A stretch of DNA of 64,000 bases from Fibrobacterales bacterium (GTDB lineage: Bacteria; Fibrobacterota; Fibrobacteria; Fibrobacterales; JAOPTW01): contig JAOPTW010000045.1 in the NCBI GenBank assembly GCA_051532035.1, forward strand, positions 15,813 through 79,812, given 5' to 3'. A program made the position numbers and the translations under genes. Each line of letters begins with the position of its first letter. Position 1 is the stretch's first letter. Under the pieces are notes generated by a model. The model saw only the letters and a list, made by a program, of their open reading frames with translations. It was not told the DNA's origin and did not search any database. Below, piece by piece: positions 1 to 9,128 of the stretch.

Positions 1-298
1 AAGGGCTTTCATGGTTGGCGTACCTCGTCAAAATCCCACTATTATTGTATCACCATTTATGTGAAAAGTGAAGGCCTTTGTGGTGTAACAATAATAATGT
101 CACCCCTAGGGTTAAAAGCTATAAGCGACTTAGAATAACGCTAAATTTTACCAAATATCTTAAGCTCTGTATCAGGTTGTGAACAGAGATACCGACCCCT
201 GCGTTATTAGGCACTCATTAAAAGAACAGTTTCTACTCTTTTTAATTATCATATAGTATAGATTGTATTTCTTACAAACCTTAATCGGAGGATTATTT

Positions 299-1072
299 AT
301 GAAACAGAGCATTCTTTGTCTGTACCTTGCTTCAATCTTTTTTACAATGAGCTGTAATTTTATTTTAGAGGATGCGGCCGGCAGCAATTCTGGTGAACGT
401 TACTCATCAGATCATTCAAGAGTATCTTCTTCAGTAGATGAAAAACCACTGAACAACACTATTATAGATGAGCGTGATGCACAATCATATCGCACCACTG
501 TCATTGGTACACAAACATGGATGGCAGAAAATCTTAATTATTCTGCAAACAATACTATGGGGTATTGTAGTGGTGAGACAACAACTGAAAATGCCCTTAC
601 GTGCGACACTTATGGAAGGTTGTATGATTGGAATGTTGCGATGGCAGGCTCTCAAGAGAGTGGTGCGAATCCTAGTATGGTTCAGGGGATTTGTCCTGCG
701 GACTGGCATTTGCCGAGCGATAGTGAATGGGATCAGCTCATGGAGTATGTTGATGCAAACAATGGCTCAGAAGGTATCGGTCAAAGTTTAAAAGCAACCA
801 CCCTTTGGTCTTCCAATTCAAGAGGTGGTGTCGGTACTGATCTCTTTGGTTTTTCTGCATTACCGGCAGGGTTTGGTGGTACTAATAGTAGAGGTGGGTA
901 TTATAATAGCCTTACAAATTATGGTATACACTGGTCTACTAGTTTGTCTGGTACGAAGGTTTTGAGAAGAGATCTTAGGTATAGTGATAACGAACTATCA
1001 ATCGATTATAGCGAAAAAGCTTGGATGGGATCTGTCAGGTGCGTTAAGAACGCGGAGATAGTTCTTTATTGA
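299..1072 (+). CDS. FISUMP (Fibrobacter succinogenes major paralogous domain) lipoprotein
   Basis: DERDAQSYRTTVIGTQTWMAENLNY, YGRLYDW, QGICPADWHLPS, GFSALPAG, SVRCVK motifs; lipobox Cys; GGAGG RBS before ATG 299 (ORF track starts at 263). Confidence 0.9.
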   Translation: MKQSILCLYLASIFFTMSCNFILEDAAGSNSGERYSSDHSRVSSSVDEKPLNNTIIDERDAQSYRTTVIGTQTWMAENLNYSANNTMGYCSGETTTENALTCDTYGRLYDWNVAMAGSQESGANPSMVQGICPADWHLPSDSEWDQLMEYVDANNGSEGIGQSLKATTLWSSNSRGGVGTDLFGFSALPAGFGGTNSRGGYYNSLTNYGIHWSTSLSGTKVLRRDLRYSDNELSIDYSEKAWMGSVRCVKNAEIVLY

Positions 1073-1100
1073 TTGAACGTTTCACCGAATAGTATATTGT

Positions 1101-1146
1101 AAGCCCTATTGCGCTGTTTAATAAGCAGAGCACTAGGGCTTTTTTT
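1101..1146 (+). terminator. Intrinsic terminator
   Basis: AAGCCCTA...TAGGGCTT imperfect stem followed by a T run, between convergent genes. Confidence 0.65.
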
Positions 1147-1196
1147 GTGGATGAGTAAGAGCTACATAGTCGCTTTATACGACCATCAGCCAGGCA

Positions 1197-2603
1197 TTAC
1201 TCATGAACGGTAAGATTCAGGTGATAACATTCGTGATCACAGAACTCTAAATAGTCTGCATCGAATTCTATATATGGCTCATCATGGTCGCCCAGCACCG
1301 CATAAGATAATAGGGTATTCTTTCCATATAAAAGCACCAACATAGAATATTCGCCTACAACATCAAAAGTGACATCGGTACCCCAGGTACCATTAGTGTT
1401 GTACAGGCTCATCCGGTTATCACAGTTTTCCGATAACTCGGGACATGATTTATATACAAGCACCGCTGAATCGATGGGTGCGCTTGTTGTAAATGAATAA
1501 GTAAGTGCATACTCAATATTTTGCAGCTCAGGAACTTCTGTAGGGGTAATATGAATGTCTTTTGGACTTGCCATTCCATTAAGAACTTTGAAAACTTCAA
1601 TGTCGTTATCGTACCCATACATCTCTATTTTCTGCCAATAATCATTGGTAAGGAGTACGTTACCATTCCAATGTAACCCATCTTGTGTAGTAAGTCTCAG
1701 TGTGTCATAGCTGTCATTAACAACCAACATCACAGAGTCAATAGGGACGGGTGTGGTAACATTTGCCGGATTATTCAGTTGTAGATAATAGGGCTCTTCA
1801 CCATAGCTTTCGAATACATCTCCATTTATTGAGGGGAGTATCTCCTGTAACTCTATTTCTTCCGATAACTCTTTTGAAACGCTCCCATCATTATAACATG
1901 AAATAGTTATGGTAAAAGTACCCTTCCCTTTATAAAGGTGTGCGCCTGTCCATTGTCCAGTCTCTAAGTCCTCCAGTTTAAAGGATTCATTATACATCTT
2001 AAAATCTATCATATATTGATACCCTACCACTATGCTGTCAAAGGTTTGGTCGGTGTTGATATTTGTATGACACGTGATGTACTCATAACAGTCAAGCTCC
2101 ACAAGTGATGTTCCTAGAGTGATATCACTGCTTATGGGAACTGTGGTGGTGGATGAACTACTGATTGGACTGAGAGCGCTACTACTACTACTACTACTTA
2201 ACGCTTGGCCCGATGAACTCAATGTGATGTGTGAACTACTCCCTACGATTTGACTCGATGAACTTGTAGTAGGGAGAGCAATGCTGCTGCTGCTCTGTGT
2301 TTGAACCAACGAACTCGGTGTATTGTGAGAGCTACTACTCAAATTATCCGAAACAATAGGAGGAATCGTGTCGTCATTATTGATAGGGTCGAGTGGTTCT
2401 TGCTGGCAAATGGCAAAGGTAAAGCAGGATTGATCTTCACAATCAATAAAACCATTTTGATTATTATCCAATGAGTCAGTACATAACTGATAGGTATTTT
2501 CCACTGATAGTTCACTGGTTGTTTCTGATTGCGAATCTGAATCACTTATGCAGTTGATAAATAATAAGCTGCTGAAAAGCAATAGGAGTAATTGATACTT
2601 CAT
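1197..2603 (-). CDS. Ser-rich lipoprotein with N-terminal Cys/Asp motif, hypothetical
   Basis: Signal peptide MKYQLLLLLFSSLLFINC; CTDSLDNNQNGFIDCEDQSC motif; poly-Ser linker; beta-rich C-terminus; start refined from 2678. Confidence 0.8.
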   Translation of the reverse strand: MKYQLLLLLFSSLLFINCISDSDSQSETTSELSVENTYQLCTDSLDNNQNGFIDCEDQSCFTFAICQQEPLDPINNDDTIPPIVSDNLSSSSHNTPSSLVQTQSSSSIALPTTSSSSQIVGSSSHITLSSSGQALSSSSSSSALSPISSSSTTTVPISSDITLGTSLVELDCYEYITCHTNINTDQTFDSIVVGYQYMIDFKMYNESFKLEDLETGQWTGAHLYKGKGTFTITISCYNDGSVSKELSEEIELQEILPSINGDVFESYGEEPYYLQLNNPANVTTPVPIDSVMLVVNDSYDTLRLTTQDGLHWNGNVLLTNDYWQKIEMYGYDNDIEVFKVLNGMASPKDIHITPTEVPELQNIEYALTYSFTTSAPIDSAVLVYKSCPELSENCDNRMSLYNTNGTWGTDVTFDVVGEYSMLVLLYGKNTLLSYAVLGDHDEPYIEFDADYLEFCDHECYHLNLTVHE

Positions 2604-2940
2604 AGTCCATTCCTTAATAGTATAGTATGTTAAAATCTGTCCCATATAAAAAGGTAAGTCAAATGCAATGGAAAACACCGACAGTGGGTGTTATTATTAT
2701 AAGATAGTGTACACCAATTGTGAACACTGGATAGACTCAATGGTAAGAGGGCCTTCATAGGCAACGCTCGTTTAACTCAATATGGGTGCCACATACAGAT
2801 CCCTTACGCTACGACCTATAAACAACTTATCATCAGTAAAAGTATTCCCTCTGTTATATTAATGTTACAATTATCAAATCTACAGCAATTATTAATACAT
2901 TAATTTGCACATTAATTTTTAACTATTTAGGAGATACGCA

Positions 2941-4815
2941 ATGCGTCTAAACCTATTAAAGCGAAATATAGTAGCTGTTTTTATTTCAATGGTACTTATA
3001 TCAACAGGGTGTCTATCGACAAGTACAGACACTACCAGTGAAGAGGCAGACTCTTCAAATACATCTTCTCTATCAAGCACTAACTCTTCTGGTACATCAT
3101 CTATGTCGAGCACAGACTCTTCAGCAGGATCTACAACCCCCGAGAGTTCTGATGGTTCTATTGCATCAGTAGAAGCGGCCCTTGTGGTTACTTCTGGATT
3201 ACCTACTCTAGAACCAGGAGAAAGTGATCAGCTTAAACTTGTGACCTATGATAACGCAGGAGAAATAGTAACATCGCCTATTGCATATAGCACCAAAAAC
3301 AGTTCCGTCGCAACGGTCTCTCAGTCCGGTAAACTCGAAGTTGTGGGTATTGGTGCTACCACTGTTATAGCATCTACAACGGTGGATGGAAAGACTGTTA
3401 GCCTAAACATACCAGTTGTGGGGCTGAATCCAGCACGCAAAATTATTATTGCTCCTCCGGCATTTATGGGCATGGCAGGTGATAGCTTTGAAATCATAGC
3501 TCTCATGACTGTAGTAGGGTATTATTCTCTTGAGTATACAACGTCAGATGAAAATGTTGCATCAGTTGATGCACTGGGGAATGTGACATTGAAAAATGCA
3601 GGCGTAGCACAGATCACTGTGGTGGGTGCATTCAAGGGTGCTACCGAAACAGCATTTATTGGTGTGACGGTTCTTCCTGAAATAGTGCCTCCACCAGTGT
3701 TAGCTCAGATCAAACTAACGCGGAAGAGGAATGCGCATTCAATGATATTTGAGGGTGACCAAGTATCACTCCAGGCTCAGGGCTACTCACTTGATGGTAA
3801 AGAGATGGAGGCTGCCTATAGTTGGTATAGCGATGCCGACTCTATCGCTACAGTAAACAACCGAGGGGTTGTTTCGGCGGTTACAATGGGAAGTACCATG
3901 ATCCGTGCTACTGCAATGGGCGTTGAGGGTAACTATTTATTAGAAGTACTCCCTGATACTATTATTATTGTAACCCCAATGATGACCCAAGTATCTGCTG
4001 GTCAAACTGAGCAGTTTAAGGCCGAGGTGTTTGATTTAAAAAACGATGTCGCTGTCTCTGGTGTACACACTATAAAATGGGCTCTGTTTGACCCGGTAGC
4101 AGAGATGCTGAATTTTGGTACATCCTTTGGAGAAGATCAGGGAATTGATATAGGGGGGATGGGCGACATGCCTGATATGCAGGGTGAAAAAGCGTCTATC
4201 AGTACTAGTGGGCTGGTAAAAATACCTTCATCATCAATTCTTGCTTCTATGATGATTGTTACTGCCGAATTAGACGGGAGTACCGATGTCCATGGTGGTG
4301 CCATTGCATACGTCGGTATGGATGCTGGTTTTGAAATTCCTGATAGTGATATCAGCGCGTCGTCAAACACAGAGAGGCCATCATCATCTTCTCGTTCACT
4401 TAAGGATCCAGCTGATGGTTCATCATCGCACAAATCAGCATCACACCTTTCGAGTAGTTCTCGCAACCCTTCATCTGAAAATATCAGTTCAACAGTTGTT
4501 TTGGTTGAAGTTGTCGATATCTCTCCAAGTAACATCGAAGCGAGTCCAGGAACTACAGTTCAATTTTCTGCTGTAGTCGTGTATAAAGATAATGGTAACA
4601 TCTCAGGAACTACTGGCGTGATAGTGTGGGAGATTATGGATGATATAAGCAGCGATATGCTTGGCGGGTGGCCAACGGTCGATGCGACCGGCAAGGTGAC
4701 CATTCCTGATGATGCGTTTCCTGGAATGACCTATTCTGTGATTGCCAGCTTACAAGGCTCTTCGATGACAAAAGGGCTTTCAACTATTATGATACCAATG
4801 GATAGTGGTATGTAA
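2941..4815 (+). CDS. Lipoprotein with multiple bacterial Ig-like (Big_2-type) domains
   Basis: Lipobox STGC; Ser/Thr linkers; repeated SVATVSQSG / NVASVDALG / SIATVNNRG motifs; AGGAG RBS. Confidence 0.85.
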   Translation: MRLNLLKRNIVAVFISMVLISTGCLSTSTDTTSEEADSSNTSSLSSTNSSGTSSMSSTDSSAGSTTPESSDGSIASVEAALVVTSGLPTLEPGESDQLKLVTYDNAGEIVTSPIAYSTKNSSVATVSQSGKLEVVGIGATTVIASTTVDGKTVSLNIPVVGLNPARKIIIAPPAFMGMAGDSFEIIALMTVVGYYSLEYTTSDENVASVDALGNVTLKNAGVAQITVVGAFKGATETAFIGVTVLPEIVPPPVLAQIKLTRKRNAHSMIFEGDQVSLQAQGYSLDGKEMEAAYSWYSDADSIATVNNRGVVSAVTMGSTMIRATAMGVEGNYLLEVLPDTIIIVTPMMTQVSAGQTEQFKAEVFDLKNDVAVSGVHTIKWALFDPVAEMLNFGTSFGEDQGIDIGGMGDMPDMQGEKASISTSGLVKIPSSSILASMMIVTAELDGSTDVHGGAIAYVGMDAGFEIPDSDISASSNTERPSSSSRSLKDPADGSSSHKSASHLSSSSRNPSSENISSTVVLVEVVDISPSNIEASPGTTVQFSAVVVYKDNGNISGTTGVIVWEIMDDISSDMLGGWPTVDATGKVTIPDDAFPGMTYSVIASLQGSSMTKGLSTIMIPMDSGM

Positions 4816-4862
4816 CAGCCGGCCCAGTTATATCAAATGTTCTTTTATAAATTAAGACATAT

Positions 4863-4895
4863 AAAAAGGATCTGTTCGGGGAACAGATCCTTTTT
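4863..4895 (+). terminator. Intrinsic terminator (bidirectional-type)
   Basis: AAAAAGGATCTGTTC-GGG-GAACAGATCCTTTTT perfect inverted repeat. Confidence 0.85.
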
Positions 4896-5032
4896 ATTAT
4901 TGGCATTCTAAACACAAAAATAACAAAATTCGCAATCAATATAATTACAGCACAAGAAGCCTACTACTTTGGGTATACTAATAGTAGGGGAGTAAAGCTG
5001 ACACAGTCGAGTATCCCTGAAGAGAGGTAACG

Positions 5033-5236
5033 ATGCGAGCACCACATTTTCATCATGATCACAATACTCATCATCATGAGCTTTTAGATACATTAGGGTA
5101 CTATTTTCATTCATCATTAATTCCTTTAATTATTTTTATACTGATCTTATCTAAAATGGTTTCGGGCGACATCCTCACGATACATACTATTGATCCAGAA
5201 AGTATCAAGGTCGTACATTACGATGTTTGTGAGTAA
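5033..5236 (+). CDS. Small His-rich membrane protein, hypothetical
   Basis: GAGAGG RBS; 7 His in residues 5-15; hydrophobic segment LIPLIIFILIL. Confidence 0.5.
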   Translation: MRAPHFHHDHNTHHHELLDTLGYYFHSSLIPLIIFILILSKMVSGDILTIHTIDPESIKVVHYDVCE

Positions 5237-5426
5237 ATAATGGTATTGATAGAGTAAGGTTTATGACATCAAAAGGTCGTGTGTTTATGTTAGTATCCTT
5301 CTACAAAAGACTTCTCACACAATTTTTCCCGATTTTCAATAGGATAGGGGCACTATCATCCTTCTTAGATGCAGGTTTATATCATTAATCATTGCCAGTT
5401 TTAATCTAATTAGTTACCTTTAACCC

Positions 5427-5523
5427 GTTCTAGGCCCTACGCAATGACTATTAGGGTGGACTCCGCCAGGGCGAAAGCAGCAACGGGCACGCTTGTTTTT
5501 ATGTGCCGTAGCCAGCCTAGAAC
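5427..5523 (+). ncRNA. ffs: Signal recognition particle RNA (4.5S, small bacterial type)
   Basis: 97-nt rod closed by GTTCTAGG/CCTAGAAC; helix-8 motif CCAGG-GC-GAAA-GC-AGCA; CGCAA and TGTGCCG motifs as in 4.5S RNA; T run downstream; TACCTTTA promoter 4 nt upstream. Confidence 0.85.
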
Positions 5524-5588
5524 ACTTTTTTCTTCTGAACATCCCCATTACATTTTGAGTAACTATTAAGTACTGCTACCAGTATATA

Positions 5589-6476
5589 TTACGGTATGCG
5601 TTTTTTACTTTGAGAAGCTCTCACTCTTGATATACTATATCCGGCCTTTTTAAGCTGCTCAACAATACCTCTATCGCCCAAGAGGTGACCCGCACCAACT
5701 ACCACAAAACCCACCTTTTTTGTCTCAGCGACTTTGATGATGTTTTGGGTCATCGAGTCATTGCGACCGTAAAAGAGAAGGTCATACATTTTTTTATATG
5801 CAGGAACATTGGCATCCATAAACAAAAAGTTAGAGAGTTCAAGTGAATCACCACTTTTCCAAGAGGTCATAAGCTGGTTAACCAAAGAGAGGGCATTGCC
5901 ACTACTTTTGAGCGTATAATCGATAAATGAACTATCGCTCCCAATGTTATCAAAGAGCTCTATCTGAAATTCCATAGATTCCAGAGGCAGTACTTTTCGG
6001 TTCCCTCGGTTTGATAAAAAATGCATATCAATCCCCATATCTGAAGCAAAACCCATCTTTTGCATCATAGCCATCATAACCACCTGACAAACATACCAGG
6101 GTTTAAACGGTTCAAACATCTGCATTTGTAACCCAATAGAGTCCACCACATACTTCTTCAGAATAGTGTAATTATCAGGAGAGAGCGAATTCTTTAAAGT
6201 GTTGCCCGCAGGATATTGGGCGTACCGTAACATAAGCGCCTGGGCATCCATTGGCTTGATAGATTCCATATCAACCTCAACCACAAGAACCTCCGCCTTG
6301 TTCCAAGCTTCGGTTACATAATCAACCATAGGATAAAAACTATCATCCGCAACATGAATAGACCCAAACAGGTAGACTTGCTGAGGGCCCTTGGTAGCCT
6401 TCCAGAGAAGCGGGGCATTAGTACTGCTCCAAACGGATATAATGGTAAGAAGCAGTGTTATAATAAAAAGTTTCAT
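5589..6476 (-). CDS. TraB/GumN family protein
   Basis: LLWKATK...YLFGSIH, LESMEFQ, RNDSM, VVVGAGHL motifs; signal peptide. Confidence 0.9.
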   Translation of the reverse strand: MKLFIITLLLTIISVWSSTNAPLLWKATKGPQQVYLFGSIHVADDSFYPMVDYVTEAWNKAEVLVVEVDMESIKPMDAQALMLRYAQYPAGNTLKNSLSPDNYTILKKYVVDSIGLQMQMFEPFKPWYVCQVVMMAMMQKMGFASDMGIDMHFLSNRGNRKVLPLESMEFQIELFDNIGSDSSFIDYTLKSSGNALSLVNQLMTSWKSGDSLELSNFLFMDANVPAYKKMYDLLFYGRNDSMTQNIIKVAETKKVGFVVVGAGHLLGDRGIVEQLKKAGYSISRVRASQSKKRIP

Positions 6477-6841
6477 TATTCTCTAGCCGGCAATGGAATA
6501 TCTATAGAATATACTAATCCCTACCAAATTTGAGGTTATGTTGTGTATCTCCTTCATTAGATAAAAAGGAAAAGAAGAGATACATTTGAAGAATCCACCA
6601 CCCGAACCATACGTGCGAAGCACACTCTACAACATAACCGCGCCCCCGCCTAGCAAATACACTCGTTAAAGGCAATGCAGCTTACCTAAAGATACCGTAA
6701 GACAAAAACGACACCATTTGTACAGTATTCCTTAAGTGTAAACCCAAGCGTATATACCTCGATAGTGAGCAAAATAGCAACTGCAGTGTTGTCTGGACCA
6801 ATAGCCTAGTAGCATTTATGTTGAAGCTTTCTGCAAGAATG

Positions 6842-6906
6842 CTTTTTGTCCAGTCTTTTGGGCACCCAAAAGGTCTGGCCTCGTTCGGGGGAGGCCCCCC
6901 GAGAAC
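6842..6906. repeat. Palindromic intergenic element (nested hairpins)
   Basis: CCAG(T)CTTTTGGG-CA-CCCAAAAG(G)TCTGG hairpin followed by CGGGGG-AGGC-CCCCCG hairpin. Confidence 0.5.
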
Positions 6907-6913
6907 TCTATCT

Positions 6914-6978
6914 AAAGAAAAAGAGAAAAAGAAAAAGAGAAAAAGAAAAGAAGAAAAGAAGAAAAGAAGAAAGGGAAA
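6914..6978. repeat. 65-nt purine-only (A/G) low-complexity tract
   Basis: Only A and G from 6914 to 6978; contains AAGAAAAG tandem units. Confidence 0.9.
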
Positions 6979-6984
6979 CAAAAC

Positions 6985-7015
6985 AAAAAAAGCCAGCGTC
7001 AACAGACACCGGCTT
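6985..7015 (-). terminator. Intrinsic terminator of the DUF1015 gene
   Basis: Minus strand AGCCGGTGTC-TGTT-GACGCTGGCT followed by a T run. Confidence 0.75.
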
Positions 7016-7040
7016 CAAAAACAAAAGAAAAGAGAGAAAA

Positions 7041-8378
7041 CTATCTCACAATCTTCCTCGACTCAACATAAAACCTCTTCTCAGAAGCCTCACCAAGAGA
7101 AAATGATTTCCGAGGAAAAACACCCTCTTTAATTACGGTAGGGAAGAGTGAAGACTTCTCAACTTCAGGAAGAAGAATCCCCATATTACCCTCTTTGTTA
7201 CCAAGCTCAACAGTTGTGTCGATACCGTGAATATAATCAACAGTAGTAGTAGGGTGTTGGGCAAGAAATTCATCCATAAAGAGTTGTACTGAACCCACAT
7301 CAAGTGTGTGCTTAGGGTTAAGAATACTCACATATGATTTTTTACCCGCAGTATTAAAAGCAAATTTATGATATCCATTTTTTGCATTAATAGCAGAAAC
7401 CATTGTTTCGGTATCGTTCACTTCAACAATCTCTACGTTGTAGAATTTTTTAAGATCAGCAACAAACATTTCTGGATCAACATTAAAGAGCGTACGGTGA
7501 ATTGCTTCACAAGTAAGACCTTCATCATAGACATTGTTAATTTCAACAAGTGCATGACGAGCAGGGTGATTCATCAGTTCTGCATCATCTGGGTTTTCAG
7601 CTTTAAGCTCTTCCCAGATAGTTTTTGCAGTAGCAAGGGAGTGGTTTCCATCACCTACAGCAAAAAGAAGTGGATTGTCACTCCCATATTTCAATTTATA
7701 CTGAGCGGGATTCGCAATTGCTTCAATAGCATCAGTAATTTGGTTGAGTGAATCTTCGTCAGACACCATCCATCCAGAGATATGACCAGCACCTTGCATA
7801 AGCTCGAAGTCATAGATTTTATCAAATGAGTCGCGTTTTTCAAAAAGTGGTTCAACAATTGATCTCTTAGGGTCATCAATAAGGAAAAGAATATGAGGAA
7901 GTTCTATTGACGCGTCTTGACGCACCATTTTACGCGGAGGAATTCTGTCGAGAATGGTACCTTCAGACGCGCGAATCAGGCTGGTAGAACCAACTGAAAA
8001 GTCATAATGCTCAAGGTCAACATTAAAGAGGAGACCCTTTTTACTTTCAACAAACTCAGTTTTGCGGTCAATAAGAATAGCACCAGGCTGTTTTTCTTCA
8101 AGAATATCGTCAGCAACATACTGTTTCATGTTTTTATTGATAGAATCAATAATCTCTTGAGTACGGCCATCTTCGAGGTATGCTTCAGGAAAGGTGATAT
8201 TAAGAGTTGAAGGTGCGTCATCGACGACTTTCTCAACATCAGTCCAATACTCACGTTGTGATGTATATTGATCACAGGCAATAACAGCCCATTTCTGCAT
8301 ATCAACATCTGATTTAGGAAGTAAAATTTGAGGAACTTGTAGTCCAAGTTTTTCGAGTCTTTCCGCTCTATCTGCCAT
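7041..8378 (-). CDS. DUF1015 family protein
   Basis: KWAVIACDQYTS, IRASEGTI..RIPPR, FAVGDGNHSLATAK, FPRKSFSLG motifs. Confidence 0.9.
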   Translation of the reverse strand: MADRAERLEKLGLQVPQILLPKSDVDMQKWAVIACDQYTSQREYWTDVEKVVDDAPSTLNITFPEAYLEDGRTQEIIDSINKNMKQYVADDILEEKQPGAILIDRKTEFVESKKGLLFNVDLEHYDFSVGSTSLIRASEGTILDRIPPRKMVRQDASIELPHILFLIDDPKRSIVEPLFEKRDSFDKIYDFELMQGAGHISGWMVSDEDSLNQITDAIEAIANPAQYKLKYGSDNPLLFAVGDGNHSLATAKTIWEELKAENPDDAELMNHPARHALVEINNVYDEGLTCEAIHRTLFNVDPEMFVADLKKFYNVEIVEVNDTETMVSAINAKNGYHKFAFNTAGKKSYVSILNPKHTLDVGSVQLFMDEFLAQHPTTTVDYIHGIDTTVELGNKEGNMGILLPEVEKSSLFPTVIKEGVFPRKSFSLGEASEKRFYVESRKIVR

Positions 8379-8486
8379 TATATCTCCGGCTGAGGTGTTT
8401 GTACGTTTGTGAAAAAAAGTAGAAAATTTGAATGAGAATAATGAGTCTAGTATTGATTAATCACAATTCTCAAATAAGAGTGGTTG

Positions 8487-9128
8487 TTATAGTTGTTCTT
8501 TTCCGATATAGCCATAGTCAACATTTTCGCCAGGGAACTTCATCTGAAGTTTAGCAACCGTTTCGTAGAACTGTTGGAGCTCTTGAAATACTTCGGCACC
8601 CACCATCTCTTCGGCATCTTGTTCATTCTCCATATTGTAACTCAGGTAACTGCCATCAGGGAAAATATAGAGATAACAGTCCCAAGTAACTTCTTCCGAA
8701 GGAATTAAGTTGTCGAGAAGTAAGAGGGGTTTGGGTGAATAGATTGGTGGATAATGACCATCTACCCAAATAAAGCGGTTCCTATCAAGAAGGAAATATT
8801 CGAGAGCCATACAGAATTTGTCTTCATGCATGGTTTCTATAAGTTCAATATTTTCAAGGTCTTCTACGATTGGGTTTCGGAGATCGTAAGGGAGGACAAT
8901 TTGATGGTACTCAAATTTGTGGGCATTTGAACCAACACGATCAAGCCATTCTTTAGGTGGTGCTGGTTGCTCTTTTAAGAAGGTACCCATGTTTTCTAAA
9001 ATTTTGGGTAAGAGGGAGGTGTATTGTTTTGACTCCTCTTTTGCTTGATTAATGGTATGGATAAGGTTTTCGAGCACCTCTTCAGACGAGTGCTTGAGGG
9101 TGTTTTCTTCTTTATTTTCTTGGGTCAT
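8487..9128 (-). CDS. Hypothetical protein
   Basis: 213-aa ORF whose start overlaps the aspartoacylase stop codon. Confidence 0.75.
   Translation of the reverse strand: MTQENKEENTLKHSSEEVLENLIHTINQAKEESKQYTSLLPKILENMGTFLKEQPAPPKEWLDRVGSNAHKFEYHQIVLPYDLRNPIVEDLENIELIETMHEDKFCMALEYFLLDRNRFIWVDGHYPPIYSPKPLLLLDNLIPSEEVTWDCYLYIFPDGSYLSYNMENEQDAEEMVGAEVFQELQQFYETVAKLQMKFPGENVDYGYIGKEQL

Noticed and set aside
2179..2198. (CTA)n microsatellite as a phase-variation switch
   Set aside because: Trinucleotide unit encoding a poly-Ser linker; slippage keeps the frame
5033..5080. His attenuator leader peptide
   Set aside because: No his genes downstream (hisC is ~42 kb away); the ORF continues into a TM helix; no attenuator hairpins
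5263..5388. 41-aa ORF before ffs
   Set aside because: Short RBS spacing and no recognisable features; cannot be supported
6682..7132. Lys/Arg-rich and Phe-rich ORFs (6682-7002, 6818-7132, 6846-7106)
   Set aside because: Artefacts of the stop-free purine tract; they cross a terminator, and two overlap DUF1015
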